NCBI RefSeq assembly: GCF_009914755.1
Contig: NC_060928.1
Direction: 5' to 3' (one strand)
From: the human T2T-CHM13v2.0 reference genome, Homo sapiens
DNA: 64,000 nt
In this document: positions 27,041 to 41,927 of the stretch, piece after piece
How the letters are laid out: every line of letters begins with the position of its first letter
Numbering within the stretch: position 1 is the stretch's first letter
Made by a program: the position numbers and the translations under genes
The notes under the pieces: model-generated
Database searches by the model: none
What the model was told of the DNA's origin: nothing
What the model saw: the letters and a program-made list of their open reading frames with translations, nothing else

Positions 27041-28175
27041 CACCGTCCTGGAAGTCTCGGGCGGGGGCAGGAAGCTCACCTGTGCCATCCATGCCTGTGT
27101 GCACAGTGCGGGGGAGACTGCTGGCACCCATAGGTCCTCGGAAGCACCTGAAATTTCTAACCGGCAAATGTGAGAGTAGATGCTTTTCTCTGAAAAGTAC
27201 AGGTGTCAGACACACAATCTGTGATGTGCACCCAGGTCCTGCGCCTGTGCTACGTGTCTCTGGGCAAGTTGGTGAGCCTCTCAGAGCTCCAGGAAGCTAT
27301 CACCCCTCTCGAGGGTCAGCTACGAGGGTTCATGAGACAAGATGCGTGTGCCACTCGGCACCTGGCTAATAGAGGCTACCCAATACTTAGCTACCCTTAA
27401 GCCAGTGGCAGCGAATGATGGCCAGGCGTAAGGGATTCATCTGGCCAGTCTGGGAAGATCCAACATTGTTTCCCTCCATTAGGGCAAGGCATCTTGGAGC
27501 ATTTTTATTGGGAAGCTTATCCAGTAAGTCCAGGGAGCAGAGGGCTTGTGTGTCCTTCTGGAAGTCTGGGAGCGTGGCCTCCCCAGACATTTCCCTTAAA
27601 ACAGTCCGGAAGCTTCTGGCCAGTAAAACCTCACTCTACCCTGCCCACTCCACCTCTTCAGTCCACACTCAGGGACATGAGGGACAGTTTCCAGATGTGC
27701 AGGGTCTTCTGCCCTGGAATTGGTATTAGGCAGGCAGGGGTCCCAGCTTGGTGCCCAATGACTGTGGTCCCTGGAGAAGCGGCCCTGCCTCCTTGGGTGC
27801 CAGTGTCCCGACAGAGGTTGGACTTGATGTGCCCTCCCTCTCCCAAGTCCTTAGGACAACAACCTTCAGTGGGTTTCCCTGCCTTCTCTCTCAAGGAGGC
27901 TCGGAGGCTCTGCAGTGAGCCCAACACACAGGTATCAGGCCGATACTCACGTGGCATAGTGCCCGAGTGGGAAGGGACGGCCTTTAGGAGCACACGCATG
28001 TACACGTCTGTGCACGTGTTCATGCGTGTGTGACGTGAAACGCCAGGATGTTGCCATGAGAAATAAAGAGGGTCTCGGCACAGATTCGTCAGCCCCTGCC
28101 CCTGCCCCTGCCCTGTCCCCAGGCACCTGGTCTCGCTCACTCTAGAAACAGCTGCATCTAGTTACACCTCTTTTT

Positions 28176-28241
28176 TCTCCTCCTCCTCCTTCCTCCTCCT
28201 CCTCCTTCCTCTTCCTCCTCTTCTTCCTCCTCTTCCTCCTT
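28176..28241. repeat. (CCT/CTT)n trinucleotide tract
   Basis: Pure polypyrimidine run, seen directly. Confidence 0.9.
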
Positions 28242-29457
28242 CATCTGCTGGGCTGGGGACCACTGGGCGTTTCTCCTGAGCACCCCCAGCACCTCTTCTG
28301 CGGATTGCGATCTTTTGGAGCAGAATGATACGGGATTCTTACAGGTTTCCCTAATCAGCCATCCCTCCCACAATATCACCATGCATTGTTTTCTTTGGTC
28401 TAAAAATAGGAGACGCACAGTTGGGCTTTGTTGGGAACAAGGCATCTTGCTGTGTTACGTGGATGTGGCCCATGTGTGGCTGCGAGTGTCCGGCAGTCTC
28501 TCAGCTTTTTAGGGTCCCAGCTTTCACAAGACATCCTGCTCCTGCCTGCAGCCCACGCTGTGGAGTCCCACCCTGGGGATACAGCCCTGGCCATTCACCC
28601 CCACATCCATCAGGCATCTGTCCATCTGTGGACTGCCTGGGGGAGGGTGCAACTTCCCAGGCGAGGGGCTCCTGTCAACCGAAGCAGATTCCTGGGGAAG
28701 CGGGCAGCTGAGTTGTGGGCAACCAACAAAAACAGTAGCAGGATGTGCGGCAGCCACAATGCCAGGCTCCAGGCACTTGTCACTATGGAGGCGGTGGGTG
28801 TTGGGTACACACACTCCATGTCCCTGACAAAGCTGGGTTTGTGCAGCTCCCCATAGGTTGGCCTGGAAGGCTGTGGGGCAGGAGCTCTTTGCCTTCTTCT
28901 TGCAGACTAGAAACTGAAGCTGAAGCTGAGGCCAGGGCTAGTGGTGAAGGCGCTGAGGGTCTCACGGTGGGGGGTCTCCCCTGCACTCAGGGCATTGTCT
29001 CCGACCTGGACGGGAGGGCAGATCGGTCTCCTCTTCTCCTGCTCCTCGGCCACGAGGTCAGCCCTGAGTATTCCAGGCCCCCGAGTGCCCCCCAAGTGCC
29101 CTTCTCCTGCTGCGACCCCTGTGTTAGCCCACCACCAAGAGGCCCAGGGAGGCAGTGGCTGGCAGGCACGGGGGGGTTGCCGGCCATGAGGTCCCAGCTG
29201 GCTCTGAGACCACAGCTGCTGACCACAAGGAGGGGGCTCCCAGGGCCTCTTGACCTCAGGCACCTCCCCTGCTGGGGGTAGGTCATGTCCATCCTGGGCA
29301 GTGTGACCAGGCCCAGCGGAGATGTGGCAGCCCGCCCAGCCCTGAGCCCCGCCCAGGGTGGTGTGTGGGAAGTAGGGGCACAGGGTCTTTCCTGGGTTCC
29401 GAAGCCTTCCTCTCCCACTCCCTCCCGGCATCTCACACCCCTCCCTGCATCTACAAA

Positions 29458-29765
29458 TGTGTGTGTCTGTGTATGTGTCTATGTGTGAGTGTTTATGTGT
29501 GTGTCTATGTGTGAGTGTTATGTTTGTGTGTCTATGTGTGAGTGTTTATGTGTGTGTCTGTGTGCATGTTTGTGTGTGTGTGTGAGTGTGTGTCTATGTG
29601 TGTGTCTGTGTGAGTGTTTATGTGTGTGTCTGTGTGTGTTTATATGTGTGTCTATGTGTGTCTGTATGTTTATGTGTGTGTCTATGTGTGAGTATGTGTG
29701 TGTGTGTGTTTGTGTGTCTGTGTGTGTATATGTGTGTGTTTATGTGTGTGTCTATGTGTGTGTAT
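29458..29765. repeat. Degenerate (TG)n tract, ~300 bp
   Basis: Seen directly. Confidence 0.95.
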
Positions 29766-31257
29766 TTTGGGGGTGGTGGTGATCAGATGAAATCAGAGGT
29801 GGTGAAACATATTTTTAAAACATGAAAACACTTTTGCTGAACAAAATCCCACACAGAAACCCAGTCAATAAATCTAATCAAAGACAGGTTGCCGGGGTGT
29901 GGCACACTGTCCACCGAGCTTCCCTGTCACCAGCTCGGCTCTGTCTGAGACAGGCGACCTCTGGGTAAGATGCTCACCTCTCTGAAAAGCGGGGCTGGCA
30001 GCAGCCTGGCCTCTGGGGCGGTGTCCAGCCTGGCGAGAGCCTGCTGGTGCTGCTGCCCAGCTATGATGGTTGAGATGATCACTGCCTGGCTTGGTGAGCT
30101 CTATCTGCTTGTGACAACAGCGCTGTGAGTTATTAATCAGTACTATCAGGACTGATATCCGGGTGTGCGATTTTACTGACATTCTGGCCTCAGTAAGGCC
30201 TGGAAATACCCACGTCCTGCCCCAGAGCACGGCCCCTGGGGGAATTGCCACAGAGTAGCCACAAAAAAGCCAGGATCCCTGCGCTCCTCAGCAGGCCTGA
30301 GGCACCTCCTTCTCCCCTCACCCAGCCCCTACTCCAACCTGTAGCTCGGGTGGGAGGAAGACAGGGAGCAAGAAGGAGGAGGGTGACCCACTTCAAAAGG
30401 GGCAGGATCGAGGCCCCCATAGACTACAGAAGTGACTCGCGGTCTCGCCACTGTATGTGCATGGCCAGAATTCCTTGTAGCTTTGCAGGGCTCTGAAGCC
30501 TTTTATTCTGTGCCTTGCAGGGTTGAGCTTGTTATAAAGAAAACACTTGCACAGGCAGCGAGGTAGGGAGCCTCTTGCCACTGGAGGTATCCAAGCAGAG
30601 AGGCCGGGGCACAACTGCAGTGATTCCAGCATCAGAAGATGTGCTGGTCCAGCCGGCCCCTCTGCTGCTGCGTCCTGCTTCCAGGCATCACTGTGTCTGG
30701 AGTCCCAGGCAGGGGCTGGACTGCCCTACCCTGCCTTCCCTGCCCACCTTCCTCTTTGCCTGTGGGAGGGCGCCTGGCCGGGCTCTGTCATGAGTGCTCT
30801 GGCACGGAGTCCCAGGGGGCTTCATGCAGGACGGATATCTGTTCTTCCAGATCTGGAAGAACCAGTGCTGATGCTTCTCACAGGAAACCAGAGCTTCAGG
30901 TCACAGTGGCCTCCACGAGATTGTAGAGAACCCCTGGGAAATCTCCCACTCCAGAGCTCTTTCCCCGAGAACCTTAATTAAATCATCTTTCATCTGTGGT
31001 AGGAAGGAGGAGAATAACTTGACAAAACAGACACTCATTTTTCCTGCTGTGCCATTGTTCAGTTCACCCACTGCTCATGATGCGTCTGCTCTGGGGTCTG
31101 CCCTGTCCAGACCCCAGAGCCACTCCCTGCCACTGAGGAGTGGAAACGCTAGGACTGACTGATGACCGATGGCATATGGTTAGAGGGCAGATGAAGGACA
31201 GAAGACGGTGCTACCTCCCACCCCATCCCTTTCTAGGGACCATTACCCCCCCGACTG

Positions 31258-31512
31258 GCAGCCAGTGGTGCCCAGGGACACCGATACCCCATCGCTGATA
31301 ATCAGTAGTCCTCAGACACACCAACGCCCTGCCTTTTACAATCAGTGACACTCAGAGACACTGATGCCCCACCTTTGACAATCAATGGTACCTTCGGGAG
31401 ACACCAATATTCCTGCCATTGGTGATTACTGGTGCCTGGAGACATCCATTTCCCACCATCAGTAATCAGTCACACTCAGAGACACCAGTACCCCATCTTT
31501 GTCAATCAGTGG
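31258..31512. repeat. Diverged ~39-40-bp tandem repeat, ~6 copies
   Basis: Recurring aatcagt…ctcagagacac(c)…cccatc units. Confidence 0.75.
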
Positions 31513-33829
31513 GGCTTTGAAAGCTCACCATGCTTGAGCTCTCGGTGGCTGGCCCGTGACTTCTGCAGCACTTTGCTGTCTGGTCCTCCCCCTGCCTCTC
31601 TGGCCACTCCTTCTCAGTCTCTTCTCAGCCATGAGGAAAGTACCAGGTGTCTTTGGTTCACTGTTTTTCCCCCAATGCCCAAGGTAGGAGCCGGGGGCCT
31701 TCCAAACTCCCTGTTGCCCGACCTGTGGCATCCAGTCCTGCTCCTTCCACCTTTTCACATCTCCTGCGGCTGTCTCCTCCTCCCCATCCCACGGCGTCCT
31801 CGTTCCCTTCCTGCTGGATTGGTCACCTGGGCACCTCGCCGTCTCTATGGTCTTACCCCACTCCCCCTCTTGTTCAGTGACCGAGCCCTTGCTGGGGTTC
31901 ACGGCTGCAGCTTATGCGCTTTGTCGGTCTTTGCCTGTTCACTAGACTGTGTGCTCCATGGAGCCAAAGACAACGAGGTTGTTCCTTGCTCCACCCCCAG
32001 CCCTGGTTCATGCAGGTTCAATGGAGGCTGAAATCAAGAGCAGAGGAAGAGCAGCGCGCATCCCATATCCACCTCTGCAGCAGCAGTCAGGGCTCTACCC
32101 CACCAACCCCTAAGCCACTGGGTGGTGACTGCCCTCTCTGGGACTCACTTGCTTGGGGCCATTCAACAAGGATAATAATAACAACTACTTCATCAGAGGG
32201 TGGTTGAAAATATGAAGAAAGCATTTGGTCCAGTGCCCGGCATACAGAAGTGCTCAATAAATGCTATGCACAACTATTTGTTACCAGTATTGCTGTATAC
32301 TCTATGCAGTAGAAGTTCTTCATTCATGCCCACCGTGATTCAAGCTGCTATCACTGCAGACCCTGACTGGGGCTTCTCCAGACAGAAGTGTAGCTTCCCC
32401 ACCCAACTCTGAGGAGCTTACATTCACGGGCCTTTCTTATTGGAGTCTATGACCACAGAATACAAATGGTCCCTAAATGGATGACCATGACCTTGGCCAT
32501 TCAATGCAGACCTTGTCTCATGTTTTGGCTTCAGACACCTGCTTCATGGGAACGATAAGGGAACGATAAGAAAACGTTAAGAATGGCTTCTAGTTGAAGC
32601 TGATGCAAGATTTTAACCAATTTGACCAGCAGCCACAATACTATCTTGGCTTCTCATCACAAATATTTGAAGAGACAGTCTTAGGAGATTCCACAGTTAT
32701 TTCCGAAAGCTGTCATCTTCACCCAGGAGGCTGCCAGCACTGCTGTTGAAAAGGCCTAACACAAAGCTACTGAGATACATTCCCTTGCCTTCCACTGTTC
32801 AATTAGGGGGCAGATAAATGAACAAATTGTTCACACGTCCAACCGTACATAGTTAATGCAACCATCCTGATAAAAGACAATCTTCCAAAACACCATCACT
32901 CCAGAGAATTAGCCGTCTGCTGCACTCTGCCCAAGCAAACAGGCTTTTTAGCATTGTCTGCAAAATGTCCTCAGACAGGCAAACAAAACACGATTAAACC
33001 GTATTCACTCTAGAGCCTCAGCGCAAAACCCCTTAAGAGAACTGAGATCATCAGTGATCATGGAGGAGGAGGACGGCGGGGGCTCTCGTCTCACAAATGC
33101 TACACACAAGATCATTAATAAATCAAGGCTACAAAATATCGATGATGAGTTATTTTATATGCTCTGAAATGTATTTGCCTTATTTAGTTATTATCGATCA
33201 GACCCAAGATTTTCCAAGTTAGCCTTCTGGCCAAAGAGAAAAGGTTTGCCTTGCCATTAAATTTACAAATGTTCTCAAGGATGTTTCCTGGCATTTTAGC
33301 AATTGTCAGGCCAGTAATTAAAACAGAACCAGCTCTTTCCTGACAGTCAATTCTGTAATCGTGTTTGAGTGGCTGTTTTACTAAATTATATTGGATGCTT
33401 GTCAGCTCAAGCCCTGGTGCAGAGGCTGGACGCCAGCTCCGAGTCAGACAGAGCTGGGTCTCATGCCAACATCATGGCTCACAAATTGTTTGGTCTTGAG
33501 TGGGTCATCTCACCACTCCAGGCTTCTGTTTCTTTGTCTGTAAAAGAGAGACAAGAACATCTCCCACATGTAGCATTGTGAGAATATAATGAGGACTGTG
33601 GGGGCTAGTGCCTAGCACAGAGCCAGGCACACAGTCACCGTCTCTCAACCCACTAGAAGGAGTTCAAGTTCAAGCAGAGACGAGCCCGGGAGCCAGAAGC
33701 CACTGGTACCCATGCCAAGGAGGTAGGTGCAGGAGCCGGGTTGCATGGAGATGGTTACAGCAGGTGGGTACGATGGTCACTGGACTCAAAGCACCCAGCA
33801 CTCTTCATTAACCCTTACAGTCACTCCCC

Positions 33830-33990
33830 AGTGGATGGATGGATGGAAGGACGGATGGAGGGGTGAGATGAAGGAAGGAGAGAAGGAAAAGAGCAGGGAG
33901 GAAGAGAAGGAGGGAGGGAGGGAAGAAAGAAGGTAGAGAGGCAGGAAAGAAGGAACGGAGGAAGGAGGGGAGGAGAGAGGAAAAGAAAGA
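33830..33990. repeat. GA-rich/(GGAA)n low-complexity tract
   Basis: Seen directly. Confidence 0.85.
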
Positions 33991-34011
33991 GTTGGACTGA
34001 AAGTATTTATA

Positions 34012-34340
34012 GGCTGGGCGCGGTGGCTCACATCTGTGATCTCAGCACTGTGTAAGGCCAAGGCAGGCGGATTGCTTGGGCCCAGGAGTTTAAGACCAGC
34101 CTGGGCAATGTAGGGAGACCCTGTCTCTACAAAAAAATTAAACAAAATTAGCCAGGCATGGTGGTACACACGCGCCTGTGGTTCCCAGCGACTCAGAAGG
34201 CTGAGGCGGGAGGATGGCTTAAGTCCAGGAGGCAGAGGCTGCAGTGAGCTGAGATCACACCACTGCACTCCAGCCTGGGTGACAGGGCAAGACCCTGTCT
34301 CAAAATAAATAAATAAATATAAATAAATAAATAAATAAAA
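34012..34340 (+). mobile_element. AluJ, full length with (TAAA)n tail
   Basis: J-type ggattgcttgggcccaggagtt and gcctgggcaa. TSD aaagtat. Confidence 0.93.
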
Positions 34341-35095
34341 GTATGAAATACCGACCATTCATAGATGACCTAGCAGGAAACCTTAGTTTGTAACAGGTGT
34401 CTTGCTAACAGACTTTCTTAAGCTTTTGCTTATAAACACATTCCTCTTTCATAAAAGTACATTATTTATTGGATTTTTTCCTAATTACAAATGTAACACT
34501 TTCATTTTAAAATATTGACTTAACAAAAATGTATTTAGTCATTCCATAGGTGTTTCACACTAGGCCATGTGGTACAGACTAGGAAATGTAGCCAGAAACA
34601 TTCTCCAAAGAAAGAAAAATGTACTATCGTCTCGTCACCCAGAAACAAACAGTGCTGTTAACCTTCCGGGCTGCTTCATGCCTCTGTCTCTATAGATTCA
34701 TTCCTACATATGTACATCTCTTTCTATAGCACATACATATATTTGTGTGTATCATATGTGTGTACGTATTTATGTACGAATGCATGTATATAAACACATA
34801 AACACATCCACATTAGTCATTGAATTACCTGATTTTATCTTGTTCATGGAACTCACTACCATCTGAAATGATCGTGTTCCTGCGTTTGTTTTCCTTCCTG
34901 TCTTTTGCACTCAGCTGTAAGGCCATGGGAGGGTGATTTCATCCTGTCCCGTCTTGTCCTGTCCACAGTCATAACCCAACATGTAATACAGTCCCTGGTG
35001 CTCAGTGCCTAGGTGCTGGCTCAATGAATGAAAAATTCGAGTCCCAGTATGGTACTGTTCCCCATCCTCATCCTCGATGATAATGATTCTCTTGA

Positions 35096-35608
<513 letters not shown>

Positions 35609-36395
35609 TGAACTCCCATGCCATGGGGGGTGAATGGGGCCCTCGTCCGCCTAGTTGAGAAAATCTCTTTTAGGAACCGTGAATGCTGACAGATCTCTCC
35701 ACCTTGGCCTTGCCCCGATTCCCATTTGGCAGAGAGCTTTTATTTGAGGGGCAAAGCTCTCATTAACTCATAATGTGCCTCTGTTGGCTGAGGAGCCATG
35801 AAAAATGCCTTAGCAAAATTCCTGGGTCTTGGCAGGGAAGAGGTTAGGCAGTCTTAAGACCTTGGGCAGGCTGGAATGAAGGCGTGCCCTCGGTCCACAC
35901 AAGAGAAGGTTTCAGATCAACTCGTTTTATTTGGTAAAATAGTTCTAGATCCAGCCATTCACCAGTGTTGGTTAGAAACCACTTTCGGTATCTGGTGGAG
36001 GAAGGGGTTTGACACAAGGACTTAGAGGCTTCCTTACATAGTAGACACTGCAAGTATCAGGAGGTCAGGCACGCAGGAACCTTGAGAAACAGCTGCCAAT
36101 TCTCAGCTCCTGCTGCACCCAAGCGGGGGCCTGGCGAGGACGCCAGAGACCCTGGCACAGCCCCGGGCCTGCCTGCAGCAGCTGCTGGAGAACAAGGTGT
36201 CTCCACTCTTGTGCCTGTCAGCGGTCATGTGAAGGCAGCTTGGGGGTAGAGTCTAAGGGAGGCGGGGGTGTGTGGTCTCTGGGCTTCCAGGCTCCTGGGC
36301 TTCAGGTGGGGCTTAGAAGGGCTGAGACATCAGCACACAGAACAGAACAGAACACAACAGAACAGAACGCCACCTCCATTAAATGTTAAAAGTTC

Positions 36396-36703
<308 letters not shown>

Positions 36704-36879
36704 TTAAATATATCCCATCAGCATGTTCAGCAGCACTGAGCTCGTGGCCTGAGCACCGACTACATGCCAGGTAGGGCTTGGGATCTAGCAGTGAACAAGG
36801 CAACCCTGTTCCCTGACCATGTGGCCTCGTGGGGGATCGGCCAGGAAGTGAGCACAATAACACAAATGGAGGGGGTGGG

Positions 36880-37065
36880 GAGCTGGGGCTTCCCGCGGTG
36901 GGAGCTGCACTTTGGGGTGATGGTAAAGCTCCAGAGAAGGACAGTGGTGATGGTTCTAGGGCAGTGTGGATGCCTAATGCCACTGAACTGTACACTCGAG
37001 AAGGGCTCACAAGGGAAATTTTATGATATGTCTGTTTTGCCACAATAAGAAATAATAATATAAAA
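36880..37065 (+). mobile_element. L1MB-like 3' end
   Basis: ttggggtgatgg…gtggtgatggtt…ctaatgccactgaactgtacact…gttttgccacaataa. Confidence 0.75.
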
Positions 37066-37244
37066 GGATGTTTTCAGAGAGGCTTAATAATTGCTTTTTA
37101 AGACAAAGGATAATCAGGAGTCAGGGCCCACTTAGATGGTGTGCTGAGGAAGGGCCTCTGAGACGGTGGCCTCGGAGCTACCAGCTGTGGGTTAGGAGGA
37201 GCTGGTCATCTGGAGTTCCCTTCCCTCGCTGTTTTGAAATTTCA

Positions 37245-37442
37245 AATGTCTCACCTCAGAAAACAAGTGGGTGAGGCGACGGCTGTGTTGATTGGCTTGA
37301 TTTAATCATTGCATGTTGTGTGTCGTATGTATGTATATACACATACATATATCAAAATAGCACATCGTAACCACAAGTGTATACAATTATGATTGGTCCA
37401 TTAGAAGTGATATTAATAAAAATAAAAATAAATTTTTAAAAA
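37245..37442 (+). mobile_element. L1MA-like 3' end
   Basis: gcttgatttaatcatt…tatatcaaaatagcacatcgta…tatacaattatgatt followed by an A-rich tail. Confidence 0.7.
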
Positions 37443-40400
37443 GAAGGAGCCAGCCACACAGCCTCCGGGAAGGGGCTCTCCGGAGCCAGAACATAGAGTG
37501 AGCCTGAGGCTGGGGTGGCCAGAGCCAGGTGAGAGGGACCTCGGATGTGGAACAAACATGGGTGTGAAACAAGTCACAGAGGCTGTGGCAGGGCAGGCCC
37601 AGCTGAGAGGTGAGGGAGGGAGGAGGTGGGAGTCAGGAGGTGGGAAGGCCAAGCTCTCTCCTCCTGGCCTGCTGAAGCCCCTCACCCCTGGCCACTCTCC
37701 AGCGCCCTACCCCCCAACCCCCCTCGCTCCCCACCCGCTGATCTCTGCAGGGTCCCTCTGATCTCCATCCTAGGCCAGTTCTTTTTCCCACTTCCTGCCA
37801 TGCCTGGATGAGCTGTTCCTTTCCGGCACCCCCAGCCAGGAGTCTGTGCATGGAGCTTCCAAATGCCTAGCCACCGTGCAGATTTCCTCTCCGAGCCCAG
37901 CCCCATATATCAAACCCCACCCTCCCTCTACTTGGGTGTACCTCAGGAACCTCAGCAGCTCAAACTGACCTCAGCTTCATCTCCCCCAAACCAGTTCTTC
38001 CTACTGCATCCCCATCTCTGCAACGCGCTGTCGGCCACCCTTTGACCCAAGCCTGAAACTTAGTGTGCTCTTGTATTTCCCCGTTTTATTTATTCCCCAG
38101 CAAAGCCTCTGAACTGTAACTCCAAGATGTCCTTGACATCTGCCCTCTCCCCTCCAGTTCTCCTACCTCTGCCCAAGGCCAGGTCACCAGGTTATCTCAC
38201 TTGGTTAACCACCACAGCAGCCACCGGCATGTCCCCCTGGGCCCTACCCTGCAGGCAGTCAGAAGTTGACCAAGGCATCTGGCAAAGTGAGGCTTGTTCA
38301 TACGCAGACTGTGAGGGTGTGGTGGGCCTCTGGGACCTGGACACAGCCCAGGACTGCTTGAGCTCAGGATGCGTGGGAGCCATGTCCACAGGTGAGGCTG
38401 GGAGTGAGTGAAAAAAGCTTGAATCCCAGGAGCACCTGGGAGACCCTAAAGGGCCCCAGCAGGAACAAACCTGCAGACCACCTGCGATTTCTCCAAGAGT
38501 AGATCTTTCTTTCTGGTTGAAGAAAGCAACAAAAAGAATGAAGACCCCTCATATTTCTACAACACTTGCAAATGTTTTGCCTCATTGGGAACCTCAGCAC
38601 AGAAGAAATTATTATCTCCAATTTGAAGGTGAGGAGAGGGACTTGTCCAAGGCCACATCTCAGTGGGACTCTGTATCCTGGGACCTCTACAGCCCTCAGG
38701 GTCACCCAGACATGACCATCACGGGAGTGACTTTCTCCTGAAACACCAGGCTAGCCGCTGGAGTGTGTGCTGAACATCCAGCGAGCTGTGTGCATTCAGC
38801 CACAGGGGAAGCGCCGGGTGGAAGAATGCTTTCTGCTCATTGTGACTCACACAAGCTTGGATGAGACACTCTGGGAAGATTCTAATTTCAGATCCGGGGG
38901 TGGAGGCTGCAGTGTTTGTTCGCCTCCGCTGTTTGCCTCTCTCAGCATCAAAGCCAAGTTGTCTGTACCCTGAGCTGGGTGCATCTGTCTGGCCAGGAGT
39001 AGACTGGGCAATTGGGTTTTAAATAGAAAGTCAAATCCAAATGACACCAATCCTTAGGGCTAAACTTGGTAAAGGGCAGAATAAAAGCATCCTCCCCAGG
39101 ACAGAGATTTGTGAATGGAAACCAGAGTTCTGCAGAGGCGAGTGTGATCCAGAGCTCTAGCGAGGCGAGAAGTGGTTTCTGGATGCTGTTTGTTTTCCTT
39201 TTCTTTTTTTTTTTTTTTTTAACTTGGAGAGTTGAGAGTTAGGATATGATGAGCTTAGCTGCCAGGCAGACTGGGACATTGGCACCACCTTTTGGAGGAG
39301 ATGGGTTGGAGCCCTGCCAGAGGAAGATAACGTGGACCAGGGAAGGGAACTTGGCAGCGTCCCGCGGGCCGGGGAAGAGTCACCGCTGGCTCCTGCAGGG
39401 CTCAGTCACAGGGGTGCTTCTGACAAGCAGGTCCAAGCAGGAGACCAGATGGGATGCAGGTCAGGGAGGCAGGGAGGTGTGGACTCATTTTGAAGAGCCA
39501 GAGAAGGGCGTCCAGGCCTCGGCTTCAGGCAGACCTCCTGGCCAGGCAGGGAGGGGGTGGGAGGGCCAGCTCAGCATCTCCCGGTGTCTGCCCTTGGTCC
39601 CTCTGGGGCATCTTTTTGCACAGTGTCGACTCTGGCCCACCCTGTGTGAGCTGTGTCTCATCTGCAGAAATGCTCCTGATGGACAGCCTCTCCTCCACTT
39701 TGGCCCAGCCTGGGTGAGGGGCCCTCTCTGCTCGGGGCTGCCCTGAGTAGTACACCTCTCAGACCTACTCGGTGATGTTTCTGTCTGCTGTGACCCCCCC
39801 GGGGGGGCAGAAATCCCATGGGGTTCAGCTCCTATCCCGGGGGGTCCACACCTATGGACTGAATGAGTCAGTCAGTCCCCTCCAGAATGGGCTGAGGGGC
39901 CAAGAGGGAAGAATGAATGGGAGTCCCTCCCAGCCCTCCCTTCCCTCTTCACAGGGTCGGAAATCCATCGTGAAAGCCCTGGACAGAGCTGCCGCTGCAG
40001 ACTTCTGGAAGCCATTTCCTGTCTTTGAGGGTGGGAGGGATCTCCCTAGACTCTTCCAAGCCTGTTGCATCAGGACCCCCATGTTAGCCAGCTGCCTTCT
40101 GGGCAGGTGCAAGGATACCATTGGCTGCAGTATTTGTAGAGGTGACACAGACATCAGGGGAGAAAAGCCGTCTGTGTGATCACCCACTTGGCACACAGGC
40201 TCCCTGGCCTCACTTTTCCCACCTGAGAAATGGGGATAATCACACCTACCTAGCAGGTATGCTGTGAATATTTATTAAAATAAGGGACTCACCTGACCAT
40301 GTGTCTGCCCCTGACCATTTGCTGGTCCCCGTAAACTGTGCACCCGTTTCTCAGAATTAGGCTTCAAATAACTGGCCATTAGTGAAATGAATCTGTCAAG

Positions 40401-41927
40401 CATTTCTCTTTACCTAATGTTTTAGAATGTCGTCTCTAATTTCAAAAAACCAGCCTCCTGGGCCCCCAGAACCCAGTGCAGGTACCATATGTCTCCCCCA
40501 GAATAGTAAGCAGTAAAAATACACCATTTAAAATAGAGGCTGCTGCCCAATTTGGAGGAACCACTGCCAGCTCCGCCTGGCACGATGCTAATTGATTTGT
40601 TTTCTTTGCTCCAATAATCCTTCCCTGTCAGCACCTTCCTCTCCCCCGTCTTTCCTGGCTCACTCTCCCAACTCGGCACCAAAAATAGCCCCGGCCCAGA
40701 TTGCTGGGCCCCAGGTTGTAATCATTTCCTCGGGCTTTTTCTCCTCTCGCCTCCGTGTCACCACCTGCAAAGCCCAGGGCCTAATGGAGGGTGCGGACTG
40801 CCGCAGAAAGGGCCTGTGATGGAGAAGCAAGCCCTGTACCCAGAGCCCCCCGGCTGTGTGTGAATAACACCAATGCCCATTCATTGGGATCACGGTGCTG
40901 GGAGAAATGGCAGCGCTGAAGACATGAGCACTGCCAGGCTGAGAGGCTGGCAGCAGAAGCAGACCCACCAAGAGGACCCTAGGGCCACCAGGCTGTTAGC
41001 CTGTGTATGCACAAGATGCTGGAGGGGGCAGAGGAAGGAGTGGAATAACTCCCTATCATAGAGGGCTTCCTGGAAAAGGTGCCCTTTGAAATGAGTCTTG
41101 CAGAACAGGGTGCTCGACAAGCAGATAACAAGGGGAAGGGCATCCCATCATCAAAACAGGCTCACATGTATAAATGAGAAGCATTTAGGTTTGTTGAGGT
41201 TGTTCAGAATTTTGTACTCAGAAAATTTGAAAGAAGCTATTTTGATTTCATCACACATGGATTTTGTGTCATTTTGAAAAGTGAAGGTTTAGTTCTGAGT
41301 CACCAGTGGCAGGAGTGGGGGTGTCTTGGTCCCACTGTGCATTCCACCCAGAGGGAACAGTACACACACAAGTGGTTGTCAGGATGCAAACATCCTCCGC
41401 TAACTGGAGACACACAAGGAGTTTGCCGTGGCTGATGCCAGGAGCCTGAGGGGTGGGAGGTGAAGCTGGACGAGAGGCGGAGCAGGGACCCCCACCTGCT
41501 TGCCTTTGGGGTCATGCCGTCCTCTCTGCCTGAAGCCCCGTCCCCCAGGTCTACCAGTCAAATTTCCATTCATTCTTCAGGGCTCATCTGGGTGTCATCA
41601 CCTCCAGGAAGCCGTCCTACCTGCCTTTGTACCTGCCCAACACCTGGGTGCCATTTTCCCTCTTCTGTGCTCCAGCGGAGCCCTGTGTTTACCTGAATCC
41701 GTGGTTTTGCAATGTGAAAGAATGAATGAATGAGCCTTCATTCATGTGCAAAACTTTGAGTGGTGAAGACGCATAAGTGGATGAGTTTTTTCTATGCGTT
41801 TTGCTCTCCAGGCTACTTAAATGTTCGTAAGGTTGTTTTCCTCCCAGAGGTGAAAAGCAAACAAACAATTCCCTTAGGAGTCGCAGACTGAGATGGCATT
41901 GTTCATTCACTCATTCCTGCATGCGCT

